In this document: positions 1-14,500 of the stretch, piece by piece | Layout: the number at the start of each line of letters is the position of its first letter | Numbering within the stretch: the first letter of the stretch is position 1 | Source: Eledone cirrhosa | Lineage: Eukaryota | Length of the DNA stretch: 64,000 nucleotides | Assembly: GCA_964016885.1 (NCBI GenBank) | Contig: OZ024743.1 | Coordinates: forward strand, 137,764,001-137,828,000 | Direction of reading: 5' to 3' | Program-made: the position numbers and the translations under genes | The notes under the pieces: generated by a model | Database searches by the model: none | What the model saw: only the letters and a program-made list of their open reading frames with translations | Told to the model about the DNA's origin: nothing

Positions 1-859
1 ACCAAGCACCAAGCAACAAACACCAAGCACCAAGCACCAAACACCAAGCACCAAGCACCAAGCATCAAGCACCAAGCACCAAACACCAAGCACCAAGCAC
101 CAAGCACCAAGCACCAAACACAAAACACCAAGTACCAAGCACCAAGCACCAAACACCAAACACCAAACACCAAGCACCAAGCACCAAACACCAAATACCA
201 AGCTCCAAGCACCAAACACCAAATACCAAGCACCAAGCAACAAACACCAATCACCAAGCACCAAGCACCAAACCCCAAGCACCAAACACCAAGCACCAAT
301 CACCAAACACCAAACACCAAGAACCAAGCACCAAACACCAAGCACCAAGCACCAAGCACAAAACACCAAGCACCAAGCGCTAAACATAAAACACTAAGCA
401 CCAAGCACCAAGCACCAAGCACCAAACACCAAACATCAAACACCAATCACCAAACATCAAACAGCAAACACCAAACACCAAACACCAAACATCAAACACC
501 AAACAGCAAACAACAAACAACAAATGCCAAACTTCAAACGCCAAACACCAAACACCAAACCGCAAACACCAAACACCAAACAGGAAACACCAAACACCAA
601 ACAGCGAACACCAAACAGCAAACACCAAACACCAAGCACCAAGCACCAAGCACAAAACACCAAGCACCAAGCGCCAAACACCAAACACCAAGCACCAAGC
701 ACCAAACACCAAGCACCAAACACCAAACACCAATCACCAAGCGCCAAACACCAAATACCAAGCACCAAGCACTAAACACCAAACACCAAGCACCAAGCAC
801 CAAGCATCAAGCACCAAGCACCAAACACCAAGCACCAAGCACCAAGCACCAAGCACCAA

Positions 860-1290
860 ACACAAAACACCAAGTACCAAGCACCAAGCACCAAACACCA
901 AACACCAAACACCAAGCACCAAGCACCAAACACCAAACACCAAGCACCAAGCACCAGACACCAAGCACCAAGCACCAAGCACCAATCACCAAACACCAAG
1001 CACGAAGCGCCAAACACCAAACACCAAGCACCAAGCACCAAACACCAAACACCAAGCACTAAGCACCAAGCACCAAACACCAAGTACCAAGCACCAAGCA
1101 CCAAACACCAAACACCAAACACCAAGCACCAAGCACCAAACACCAAACACCAAGCACCAAGCACCAGACACCAAGCACCAAACACCAAGCACCAATCACC
1201 AAACACCAAGCACGAAGCACCAAATACCAAACACCAAGCACCAAGCACCAAACACCAAACACCAAGCACCAAGCACCAAGCACCAAACAC
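860..1290 (+). repeat. 210-bp (30-unit) local tandem duplication
   Basis: CACCAGA...CACCAAT CACCAAA CACCAAG CACGAAG at ~953 and ~1163; the same doublet is present in the paralogs at ~6790/7000 and ~18105/18315. Confidence 0.75.
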
Positions 1291-1389
1291 CAAGCACCAA
1301 GCACCAAGCACCAAACACCAAGCACCAAATACCAAGCACCAGACACGAAGCACCAATCACCAAATACCAAACACCAAGCACCAAGCACC

Positions 1390-1625
1390 AAACACCAAAC
1401 ACCAAACACCAAGCACCAAGCACCAATCACCAAGCACCAAGCAAAAAACACAAAGCACCAAGCACCAAGCACCAAACACCAAACACCAAACACCAAGCAC
1501 TAAGCACCAAACACCAAACACCAAACACCAAGCACCAAGCACCAATCACCAAGCACCAAGCAAAAAACACAAAGCACCAAGCACCAAGCACCAAACACCA
1601 AACACCAAACACCAGGCACCAAGCA
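1390..1625 (+). repeat. 119-bp (17-unit) local tandem duplication
   Basis: CAATCACCAAGCACCAAGCAAAAAACACAAAG at ~1424 and ~1543; only one copy in the paralogous region near 7285. Confidence 0.75.
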
Positions 1626-4600
1626 CCAAGCAGCAAGCACCAAGCACCAAGCACCAAGCACCAAACACCAAACACCAAGCACTAAGCACCAAACACCAAA
1701 CACCAAGCACAAAGCACCAAAGAGCAAAAACAAAGCACCAAGCACCAAACACCAAACACCAAACACCAAACACCAAACACCAAACACCAAACAGCAAACA
1801 CCAAACAGCAAACAGCAAACACCAAACACCAAACACCAAGCACCAAGTACCAAGCACCAAACAACAACACCAAGCACCAAGCACCAAACACCAAGCACCA
1901 AGCACCAAACACCAAACACCAAGCTCCAAGCACCAAACACCAAACACCAAGCACCAAGCAGCAAACACCAATCACCAAGCACCAAGCACCAAACACCAAG
2001 CACCAAACACCAAGCACCAATCACCAAACACCAAACACCAAGAACCAAGCACCAAACACAAAACACCAAGCACCAAGCACCAAACACCAAGCACCAAGCA
2101 CCAAGCACCAAACACCAAACACCAAACACCAAGCACCTAGCACCAAACACCAAGCACCAAGCACCAAGCAACAAACACCAAGCACCAAGCACCAAACACC
2201 AAGCACCAAGCACAAAACACCAAGCACCAAGCACCGAGCACCAAACACCAAGTACCAAGCACCAATCACCAAACACCAAGCACCAAGCACCAAACACCAA
2301 ACACCAAACACCTAGCACCAAGCACCAAACACCAAACACCAAGAACCAAGCACCAAACACCAAATACCAAGCACCAAGCACTAAACACCAAACACCAAGC
2401 AGCAAGCACCAAGCATCAAGAACCAAGCACCAAACACCAAGCACCAAGCACCAAGCACCAAGCACCAAACACAAAACACCAAGTACCAAGCACCAAGCAC
2501 CAAACACCAAACACCAAACACCAAGCACCAAGCACCAAACACCAAATACCAAGCTCCAAGCACCAAACACCAAATACCAAGCACCAAGCAACAAACACCA
2601 ATCACCAAGCACCAAGCACCAAACCCCAAGCACCAAACACCAAGCACCAATCACCAAACACCAAACACCAAGAACCAAGCACCAAACACCAAGCACCAAG
2701 CACCAAGCACAAAACACCAAGCACCAAGCGCTAAACATAAAACACTAAGCAACAAGCACCAAGCACCAAGCACCAAACACCAAACATCAAACACCAATCA
2801 CCAAACATCAAACAGCAAACACCAAACACCAAACACCAAACATCAAACAGCAAACAGCAAACAACAAACAACAAATGCCAAACATCAAACGCCAAACACC
2901 AAACACCAAATAGCAAACACCAAACCGCAAACACCAAACACCAAACAGGAAACACCAAACACCAAACAGCGAACACCAAACAGCAAACACCAAACACCAA
3001 GCACCAAGCACCAAGCACAAAACACCAAGCACCAAGCGCCAAACATCAAACACCAAGCACCAAGCACCAAACACCAAGCACCAAACACCAAACACCAATC
3101 ACCAAGCGCCAAACACCAAATACCAAGCACCAAGCACTAAACACCAAACACCAAGCAACAGGCACCAAGCATCAAGCACCAAGCACCAAACACCAAGCAC
3201 CAAGCACCAAGCACCAAGCACCAAACACAAAACACCAAGTACCAAGCACCAAGCACCAAACACCAAACACCAAACACCAAGCACCAAGCACCAAACACCA
3301 AACACCAAGCACCAAGCACCAGACACCAAGCACCAAGCACCAAGCACCAATCACCAAACACCAAGCACGAAGCACCAAACACCAAACACCAAGCACCAAG
3401 CACCAAACACCAAACACCAAGCACCAAGCACCAAACACCAAATACCAAGCACCAAGCACCAAGCACCAAGCACCAAACACCAAGCACCAAGCACCAAGCA
3501 CCAAACACCAAGCACCAAACACCAAGCATCAGACACGAAGCACCAAGCACCAAGCACCAAACACCAAGCACCAAGCACCACACATCAAACACCAAGCACC
3601 AAGCACCAAACACCAAACACCAAACACCAAACAGCAAACACCAAACAGCAAACACCAAACAGCAAACAGCAAACACCAAACACCAAACACCAAGCACCAA
3701 GCACCAAGCACCAAACAACAACACCAAGCACCAAGCACCAAACACCAAGCACCAAGCACCAAATACCAAACACCAAGCTCCAAGCACCAAACACCAACAC
3801 CAAGCACCAAACACCAATCACCAAGCACCAAGCACGAAACCCCAAGCACCAAACACCAAGCACCGATCACCAAACACCAAACACCAAGAACCAAGCACCA
3901 AACACAAAACACCAAGCACCAAGCACCAAACACCAAGCACCAAGCACCAAGCACCAAACACCAAACACCAAGTACCAAACACCAAACACCAAGCACCAAG
4001 CACCAAACACCAAACACCAAGCACCAAGCACCAAACACTAAACACCAGGCTCCAAGCACAAAACACCAAGCACCAAGCACCAAGCACCAAACACCAAACA
4101 CCAAGCTCCAAGCACCAAACACCAAACACCAAGCCCAAAGCACCAAAGAGCAGAAACAAAACACCAAGCACCAAACACCAAACACCAAGCACCAAACACC
4201 AAACAGCCAACACCAAACAGCAAACACCAAACACCAAATAGCAAAAACCAAAGAGCAAACTCCAAACACCAAACAGCAAACACAAAACACCAAACAGCAA
4301 ACACCAAACAACAAACTCCAAACACCAAACACCAAGCACCAAGCACCAAATACCAAGCACCAAACACCAAGCACCAATCACCAAACACCAAACACCAAGC
4401 ACCAAGCACCAAACACCAAAAACCAAGCACCAAGCACCAAGCACCAAACACCATACGCCAAACACCAAACACCAAGCACCAAGCACCAAACACCAAGCAC
4501 CAAGCGCCAAAGACCAAACACCAAGCACCAAGCACGAAACACCAAGCACCAAGCACCGAGCACCAAACACCATGTACCAAGCACCAATCACCAAACACCA

Positions 4601-5579
4601 AGCACCAAGCACCAAACACCAAACACCAAACACCAAGCACCAAGCACCAAACACCAAACACCAAGAACCAACCACCAAACACCAAATACCAAGCACCAAG
4701 CACTAAACACCAAACACCAAGCATCATGCACCAAGCATCAAGCACCAAGCACCAAACACCAAGCACCAAGCACCAAGCACCAAGCACCAAACACAAAACA
4801 CCAAGTACCAAGCACCAAGCACCAAACACCAAACACCAAACACCAAGCACCAAGCACCAAACACCAAACACCAAGCACCAAGCACCAGACACCAAGCACC
4901 AAGCACCAAGCACCAAGGACCAAACACCAAACACCAAACACCAAACACCAGGCACAAAGCACCAAACACCAAGCACCAAGCACCAAAAACCAAAGACCAA
5001 GCACAAAGCACCAAAGAGCAAACACCAAACAGCAAACACCAAACACCAAACACCAAACAGCAAACACCAAACAGCAAACACCAAACACCAAATAGCAAAC
5101 ACCAAAGGGCAAACTCCAAACACCAAACAGCAAACACAAAACACCAAACAGCAAACAACAAACAGCAAACACCAAAGAGCAAACAGCAAACACCAAACAC
5201 CAAACACCAAGCACCAAGCACCAAGCACCAAACACCAACACCAAGCACCAAGCACCAAACACCAAGCACCAAGCACCAAACACCAAACACCAAGCTCCAA
5301 GCACCAAACACCAAACACCAAGCACCAAGCACCAAACACCAATCACCAAGCACCAAGCACCAAACCCCAAGCACCAAACACCAAGCACAAAACACCAAGC
5401 ACCAAGCACCAAACACCAAACATCAAACACCAATCACCAAACATCAAACAGCAAACACCAAACACCAAACACCAAACATCAAACACCAAACAGCAAACAA
5501 CAAACAACAAACGCCAAACATCAAACGCCAAACACCAAACACCAAATAGCAAACACCAAACCGCAAACACCAAACACCA

Positions 5580-8500
5580 AACACCAAACACCAAACACCA
5601 AGCACCTAGCACCAAACACCAAGCACCAAGCACCAAGCAACAAACACCAAGCACCAAGCACCAAACACCAAGCACCAAGCACGAAACACCAAGCACCAAG
5701 CACCGAGCACCAAACACCAAGTACCAAGCACCAATCACCAAACACCAAGCACCAAGCACCAAACACCAAACACCAAACACCTAGCACCAAGCACCAAACA
5801 CCAAACACCAAGAACCAAGCACCAAACACCAAATACCAAGCACCAAGCACTAAACACCAAACACCAAGCACCATGCACCAAGCATCAAGCACCAAGCACC
5901 AAACACCAAGCACCAAGCACCAAGCACCAAGCACCAAACACAAAACACCAAGTACCAAGCACCAAGCACCAAACACCAAACACCAAATACCAAGCACCAA
6001 GCACCAAACACCAAATACCAAGCTCCAAGCACCAAACACCAAATACCAAGCACCAAGCAACAAACACCAATCACCAAGCACCAAGCACCAAACCCCAAGC
6101 ACCAAACACCAAGCACCAATCACCAAACACCAAACACCAAGAACCAAGCACCAAACACCAAGCACCAAGCACCAAGCACAAAACACCAAGCACCAAGCGC
6201 TAAACATAAAACACTAAGCACCAAGCACCAAGCACCAAGCACCAAACACCAAACATCAAACACCAATCACCAAACATCAAACAGCAAACACCAAACACCA
6301 AACACCAAACATCAAACACCAAACAGCAAACAACAAACAACAAATGCCAAACTTCAAACGCCAAACACCAAACACCAAATAGCAAACACCAAACCGCAAA
6401 CACCAAACACCAAACAGGAAACACCAAACACCAAACAGCGAACACCAAACAGCAAACACCAAACACCAAGCACCAAGCACCAAGCACAAAACACCAAGCA
6501 CCAAGCGCCAAACACCAAACACCAAGCACCAAGCACCAAACACCAAGCACCAAACACCAAACACCAATCACCAAGCGCCAAACACCAAATACCAAGCACC
6601 AAGCACTAAACACCAAACACCAAGCACCAAGCACCAAGCATCAAGCACCAAGCACCAAACACCAAGCACCAAGCACCAAGCACCAAGCACCAAACACAAA
6701 ACACCAAGTACCAAGCACCAAGCACCAAACACCAAACACCAAACACCAAGCACCAAGCACCAAACACCAAACACCAAGCACCAAGCACCAGACACCAAGC
6801 ACCAAGCACCAAGCACCAATCACCAAACACCAAGCACGAAGCAGCAAACACCAAACACCAAGCACCAAGCACCAAACACCAAACACCAAGCACCAAGCAC
6901 CAAGCACCAAACACCAAGTACCAAGCACCAAGCACCAAACACCAAACACCAAACACCAAGCACCAAGCACCAAACACCAAACACCAAGCACCAAGCACCA
7001 GACACCAAGCACCAAACACCAAGCACCAATCACCAAACACCAAGCACGAAGCACCAAATACCAAACACCAAGCACCAAGCACCAAACACCAAACACCAAG
7101 CACCAAGCACCAAACACCAAATACCAAGCACCAAGCACCAAGCACCAAACACCAAGCACCAAGCACCAAGCACCAAGAACCAAGCACCAAATACCAAGCA
7201 CCAGACACGAAGCACCAATCACCAAATACCAAACACCAAGCACCAAGCACCAAACACCAAACACCAAACACCAGGCACCAAGCACCAATCACCAAGCACC
7301 AAGCAAAAACACAAAGCACCAAGCACCAAGCACCAAACACCAAACACCAAACACCAGGCACCAAGCACCAAGCAGCAAGCACCAAGCACCAAGCACCAAG
7401 CACCAAACACCAAACACCAAGCACTAAGCACCAAACACCAAACACCAAGCACAAAGCGCCAAAGAGCAAAAACAAAGCACCAAGCACCAAACACCAAACA
7501 CCAAACACCAAACACCAAACAGCAAACACCAAACAGCAAACACCAAACAGCAAACAGCAAACACCAAACACCAAACACCAAGCACCAAGTACCAAGCACC
7601 AAACAACAACACCAAGCACCAAGCACCAAACACCAAACACCAAGCACCAAACACCAAACACCAAGCTCCAAGCACCAAACACCAAACACCAAGCACCAAG
7701 CAGCAAACACCAATCACCAAGCACCAAGCACCAAACACCAAGCACCAAACACCAAGCACCAATCACCAAACACCAAACACCAAGAACCAAGCACCAAACA
7801 CAAAACACCAAGCACCAAGCACCAAACACCAAGCACCAAGCACCAAGCACCAAACACCAAACACCAAACACCAAGCACCTCGCACCAAACACCAAGCACC
7901 AAGCACCAAGCAACAAACACCCAGCACCAAGCACCAAACACCAAGCACCAAGCACAAAACACCAAGCACCAAGCACCGAGCACCAAACACCAAGTACCAA
8001 GCACCAATCACCAAACACCAAGCACCAAGCACCAAACACCAAACACCAAACACCTAGCACCAAGCATCAAACACCAAACACCAAGAACCAAGCACCAAAC
8101 ACCAAATACCAAGCACCAAGCACTAAACACCAAACACCAAGCAGCAAGCACCAAGCATCAAGCACCAAGCACCAAACACCAAGCACCAAGCACCAAGCAC
8201 CAAGCACCAAACACAAAACACCAAGTACCAAGCACCAAGCACCAAACACCAAACACCAAACACCAAGCACCAAGCACCAAACACCAAATACCAAGCTCCA
8301 AGCACCAAACACCAAATACCAAGCACCAAGCAACAAACACCAATCACCAAGCACCAAGCACCAAACCCCAAGCACTAAACACCAAGCACCAATCACCAAA
8401 CACCAAGCATCAAGCACCAAGCACCAAACACCAAGCACCAAGCACCAAGCACCAAGCACCAAACACAAAACACCAAGTACCAAGCACCAAGCACCAAACA

Positions 8501-11500
8501 CCAAACACCAAACACCAAGCACCAAGCACCAAACACCAAACACCAAGCACCAAGCACCAAGCACCAAGCACCAAACACCAAGCACCAAGCACCAAGCACC
8601 AAACACCAAGCACCAAACACCAAGCATCAGACACGAAGCACCAAGCACCAACCACCAAACACCAAGCACCAAGCACCACACATCAAACACCAAGCACCAA
8701 GCACCAAACACCAAACACCAAACACCAAACAGCAAACACCAAACAGCAAACACCAAACAGCAAACAGCAAACAGCAAACACCAAACACCAAGCACCAAGC
8801 ACCAAGCACCAAACAACAACACCAAGCACCAAGCACCAAACACCAAGCACCAAGCACCAAATACCAAACACCAAGCTCCAAGCACCAAACACCAAGCACC
8901 AAGCACCAAACACCAATCACCAAGCACCAAGCACGAAACCCCAAGCACCAAACACCAAGCACCAATCACCAAACACCAAACACCAAGAACCAAGCACCAA
9001 ACACAAAACACCAAGCACCAAGCACCAAACACCAAGCACCAAGCACCAAGCACCAAACACCAAGCACCAAGTACCAAACACCAAACACCAAGCACCAAGC
9101 ACGAAACACCAAACACCAAGCACCAAGCACCAAACACTAAACACCAGGCTCCAAGCACAAAACACCAAGCACCAAGCACCAAGCACCAAACACCAAACAC
9201 CAAACACCAAGCACCGAGCACCAAACACCAAGCACCAAGCACCAAGCACCAAACACCAAACACCAAGCACCAAGCACCAAACACCAAACACCAAGCCCAA
9301 AGCACCAAAGAGCAAAAACAAAACACCAAGCACCAAACACCAAACACCAAGCACCAAACACCAAACAGCCAACACCAAACAGCAAACACCAAACACCAAA
9401 TAGCAAAAACCAAAGAGCAAACTCCAAACACCAAACAGCAAACACAAAACACCAAACAGCAAACACCAAACAGCAAACTCCAAACACCAAACACCAAGCA
9501 CCAAGCACCAAATACCAAGCACCAAACACCAAGCACCAATCACCAAACACCAAACACCAAGCACCAAGCACCAAACACCAAAAACCAAGCACCAAGCACC
9601 AAGCACCAAACACCATACGCCAAACACCAAACACCAAGCACCAAGCACCAAACACCAAGCACCAAGCGCCAAAGACCAAACACCAAGCACCAAGCACGAA
9701 ACACCAAGCACCAAGCACCGAGCACCAAACACCATGTACCAAGCACCAATCACCAAACACCAAGCACCAAGCACCAAACACCAAACACCAAACACCAAGC
9801 ACCAAGCACCAAACACCAAACACCAAGAACCAAGCACCAAACACCAAATACCAAGCACCAAGCACTAAACACCAAACACCAAGCATCATGCACCAAGCAT
9901 CAAGCACCAAGCACCAAACACCAAGCACCAAGCACCAAACACAAAACACCAAGTACCAAGCACCAAGCACCAAACACCAAACACCAAACACCAAGCACCA
10001 AGCACCAAACACCAAACACCAAGCACCAAGCACCAGACACCAAGCACCAAGCACCAAGGACCAAACACCAAACACCAAACACCAAACACCAGGCACAAAG
10101 CACCAAACACCAAGCACCAAGCACCAAAAACCAAAGACCAAGCACAAAGCACCAAAGAGCAAACACCAAACAGCAAACACCAAACACCAAACACCAAACA
10201 GCAAATAGCAAACACCAAACCCCAAGCACCAAACACCAAGCACAAAACACCAAGCACCAAGCACCAAACACCAAACATCAAACACCAATCACCAAACATC
10301 AAACAGCAAACACCAAACACCAAACACCAAACATCAAACACCAAACAGCAAACAACAAACAACAAACGCCAAACATCAAACGCCAAATACCAAACACCAA
10401 ATAGCAAACACCAAACCGCAAACACCATACACCAAACAGCAAACAACAAACACCAAACAGCGAACACCAAACAGCAAACACCAAACAGCAAACAGCAAGC
10501 AACAAACACCAAACACCAAACACCAAGCACCAAACTCCAAACACCAAGCACCAAGCACCAAGCACAAAACACCAAGCACCAAGCGCTAAAATAAAACACT
10601 AATCACCAAGCACCAAGCACCAAGCACCAAACACCAAACATCAAACACCAATCACCAAACATCAAACAGCAAACACCAAACACCAAACACCAAACATCAA
10701 ACACCAAATAGCAAACAACAAACAACAAACGCCAAACATCAAACGCCAAACACCAAACACCAAATAGCAAACACCAAACCGCAAACACCAAACACCAAAC
10801 AGCAAACACCAAACACCAAACAGCGAACACCAAACAGCAAACACCAAACAGCAAACACCAAACACCAAACACCAAACACCAAGCACCAAGCACCAAGCAC
10901 AAAACACCAAGCACCAAGCACCAAACACCAAGCACCAAACACCAAACACCAAGCACCAAGCGCCAAACACCAAGCACCGAGCACCAAGCACGAAACACCA
11001 AGCACCAATCACCAAACACCAAACACCAAGCACCAAACACCAAACAGCAAACACCAATCACCAAACACCAAACACCAAACACCAAACACCAATCACCAAA
11101 CACCAAACACCAAACACCAAACACCAAACACCAAACACCAAACAGTAAACACCAAACACCAAACAGCAAACACCAAACAAACAGCAAACAGCAAACACCA
11201 AGCATCAACCAACAAACACCAAACAACAAACGCCAAACAGCAAACGCCAACCACCAGATGCCAAACAGCAAACGCCAAACACCAAACGCCAAACAGCAAA
11301 CACCAAACACCAAACAGCAAACACCAAACACCAAACACCAAATAGCAAACACCAAACAGCAAACACCAAACAGCAAACACCAAACAGCAAACACCAAACA
11401 GCAAACAGCAAACACCAAGCACCAAGCACCAAACACCAAGCACCAAGCAACAAGCACCAATCACCAAGCACCAAGCACTAAACGCCAAGCACCAAGCACC

Positions 11501-14500
11501 AAACACCAAGCACCAAGCACCAAGCACCAAACACCAAGCACCATAGACCAAGCACCAAATACCAAGCACCAAGCACCAAACACCAATCACCAAGCACCAA
11601 GCACCAAACACCAAGAACCAAGCACCAATCACTAAACACCAAACACCAAGCACCAAGCACTAAACACCAAACACCAAGCACCAAGTAGTAAACTCCAAAC
11701 ACCAAACACCAAGCACCAAGCACAAAATCCCAAGCAACAAACACCAAGCACCACACATCAAACACCAAGCACCAAGCACCAATCGCCAAGCACCAAGCAC
11801 CAAGCAACAAACACAAAGCACCAAGCACCAAGCACCAAGCACGCAACACCAAACACCAATCACCAAGCACCAAAGAGCAAACACGAAGCCCCAAGCACCA
11901 AACACCCAACACCAAACACCAAACATCAAACACCAATCACGAATCACCAAACAGCAAACATCAAACACCAAACACCAAACACCAAGCACCAAACACCAAA
12001 CACCAAACACCAAGCACCAAGCACCAAACACCAAACACCAAGCACCAAGCACTAAACACCAAACACCAAGCACCAAGCACCAAGCACCAAACACCAAGCA
12101 CCAAGCACCAAGCACCAAACACCAAGCCCCAAGCACCAAACACCAAACACCAAGCACCAAACACCAAGCACCAAACAGCAAGCACCAAGCACCAAGCACC
12201 AGACACCAAGCACCGAGCACCAAACACCAAACACCAAGCACCAAGCACTAAACACCAAACACCAAGCACCAAGCACCAAGCACCAAGCACCAAACACCAA
12301 GCACCAAGCACCAAGCACCAAGCACCAAGCACCAAACACCAAGCACCAAGCACCAAGCACCAAACACCAAGCACCAAACACCAAACACCAAGCACCAAGC
12401 ACCAAACACCAAATACCAAGCACCAAACACCAAGCACCAAACCCCAAGCACCAAACACCAAGCACCAAACCCCAAGCACCAAACACCAAGCACCAAGCAC
12501 CAAACACCAAGCACCAAGCACCAAGCACCATGCACCAAACACCAAGCACCAAGCACCAAACAGCAAACACCAAACAGCAAACACCAAACACCAAACACCA
12601 AACAGCAAACACCAAACAGCAAACACCAAACAGCAAACACCAAACACCAAACACCAAATAGCAAACGCCAAGAAGCAAACGCCAAACCCCAAACGCCAAA
12701 CAGCAAATGCCAAACCCCAAACGCCAGACAGCAAGCGCCAAACGCCAAAAACCAAGCGCCAAGCACCAAACACCAAACACCAAGCACCAAGCACCAAGCA
12801 CCAAACACCAAACACCAAACACTAAGCACCAAACACCGAACAGCAAACGCCAAAAAGCAAACGCCAAAGCCCATACGCCAAACAGCAAATGCCAAACCCC
12901 AAACGCCAAACAGCAAGCACCAAACACCAAACATCAAGCGCCAAGCACCAAACACCAAACACCAAGCACCAAGCACCAAACACCAAACACCAAGCACCAA
13001 TCACCAAACACCAAGCACCAAGCGCCAAGCACCAAACACCAAACACCTAGCACCAAGCACCAAGCACCAAACACCAAGCACCAAACACCAATCACCAAGC
13101 TCCAAGCACCAAACACCAAACACCAAGCACCAAACACCAAACACCAAGCACCAAGCACCCAGAACCAAGCACCAAGCACCAAACACCAAGCACCAAGCAC
13201 CGAGCACCAAACACCTAGTACCAAGCACCAATCACCAAACACCAAGCACCAAGCACCAAACACCAAACACCAATCACCAAGCACCAAGCACCAAACACCA
13301 AGAACCAAGCACCAAGCACTAAACACCAAACACCAAGCACCAAGCACCAAACACCAAACACCAAGCACCAAGTACCAAACTCCAAACACCAAACACCAAG
13401 CACCAAGCACCAAATCCCAAGCACCAAACACCAAGCACCAATCACCAAACACCAAACACCAAGCACCAAGCACCAAACACCAAAAACCAAGCACCAAGCA
13501 CCAAGCACCAAACACCAAACGCCAAACACCGAACACCAAGTACCAAGCACCAAACACCAAGCACCAATCGCCATAGACCAAACACCAAGCACCAAGCACG
13601 AAACACCAAGCACCAAGCACCGAGCACCAAACACCAAGTACCAAGCACCAATCACCAAACACCAAGCACCAAGCACCAAACATCAAACACCAAGCACCAA
13701 GCACCAAACACCAAACACCAAGCACCAAGCACCACACACCAAATACCAAGCACCAAGCACTAAACACCAAACACCAAGCACCAAGCACCAAGCATCAAGC
13801 ACCAAGCACCAAACACCAAACACCAAACACCAAGCACCAAAAACCAAGCACCAAGCTCCAAGCACCAAACACCAAGCACCAAACACCAAACACCAAGCAC
13901 CAATCACCAAGCACCAAACACCAAGCACCAAGCACCAAGCACCAAGCACCAAACACCAAGCACCAAGCACCAAACAGCAAACACCAAGCACCAAACACCA
14001 AACACCAAGCACCAAGCAAAAAACAACAAACACCAAGCAACAAACACCAAGCACCAAGCCCCAAGCACCAAACACCAAGCACCGAGCACCAAACACCAAG
14101 CACCAAGCACCAAGCACCATGAACCAAACACCAAGCACCAAGCACCAAACAGCAAACGCCAAACAGCAAACACCAAACAGCAAACAGCAAACAGCAAACA
14201 CCAAACACCAAACACCAAACAGCAAACGCCAAAAAGCAAACGCCAAACCCCAAACGCCAAACAGCAAATGCCAAACCCCAAACGCCAAACAGCAAACGCC
14301 AAGCACCAAACACCAAACACCAAACACCAAGCGCCAAGCACCAAACACCAAACACCAAGCGCCAAGCACCAAACACCAAACACCAAGCACCAATTACCAA
14401 ACACCAAACACCAAGCGCGAAACACCAAACACCAAACACCTAGCACCAAGCACCAAGCACCAAACACCAAGCACCAAACACCAAGCACCAAGCACCAAGC

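Larger units (their letters stand above)
50..3430 (+). repeat. ~2.35 kb-period higher-order repeat (~50-1060 recurs at ~2400-3430)
   Basis: Landmark CGCTAAACATAAAACACTAAG at 378 and 2729 (offset 2351); ORFs 65-250 vs 2416-2601 (2351) and 734-985 vs 3099-3350 (2365). Confidence 0.85.
50..10430 (+). repeat. ~5.2-5.8 kb-period higher-order repeat (~50-5600 recurs, with deletions, at ~5870-10430)
   Basis: Offsets 5820 (378/6198; ORF 65-250 vs 5885-6070), 5742 (ORF 2021-2311 vs 7763-8053) and 5162 (identical ORFs 4378-4587 vs 9540-9749). Confidence 0.85.
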
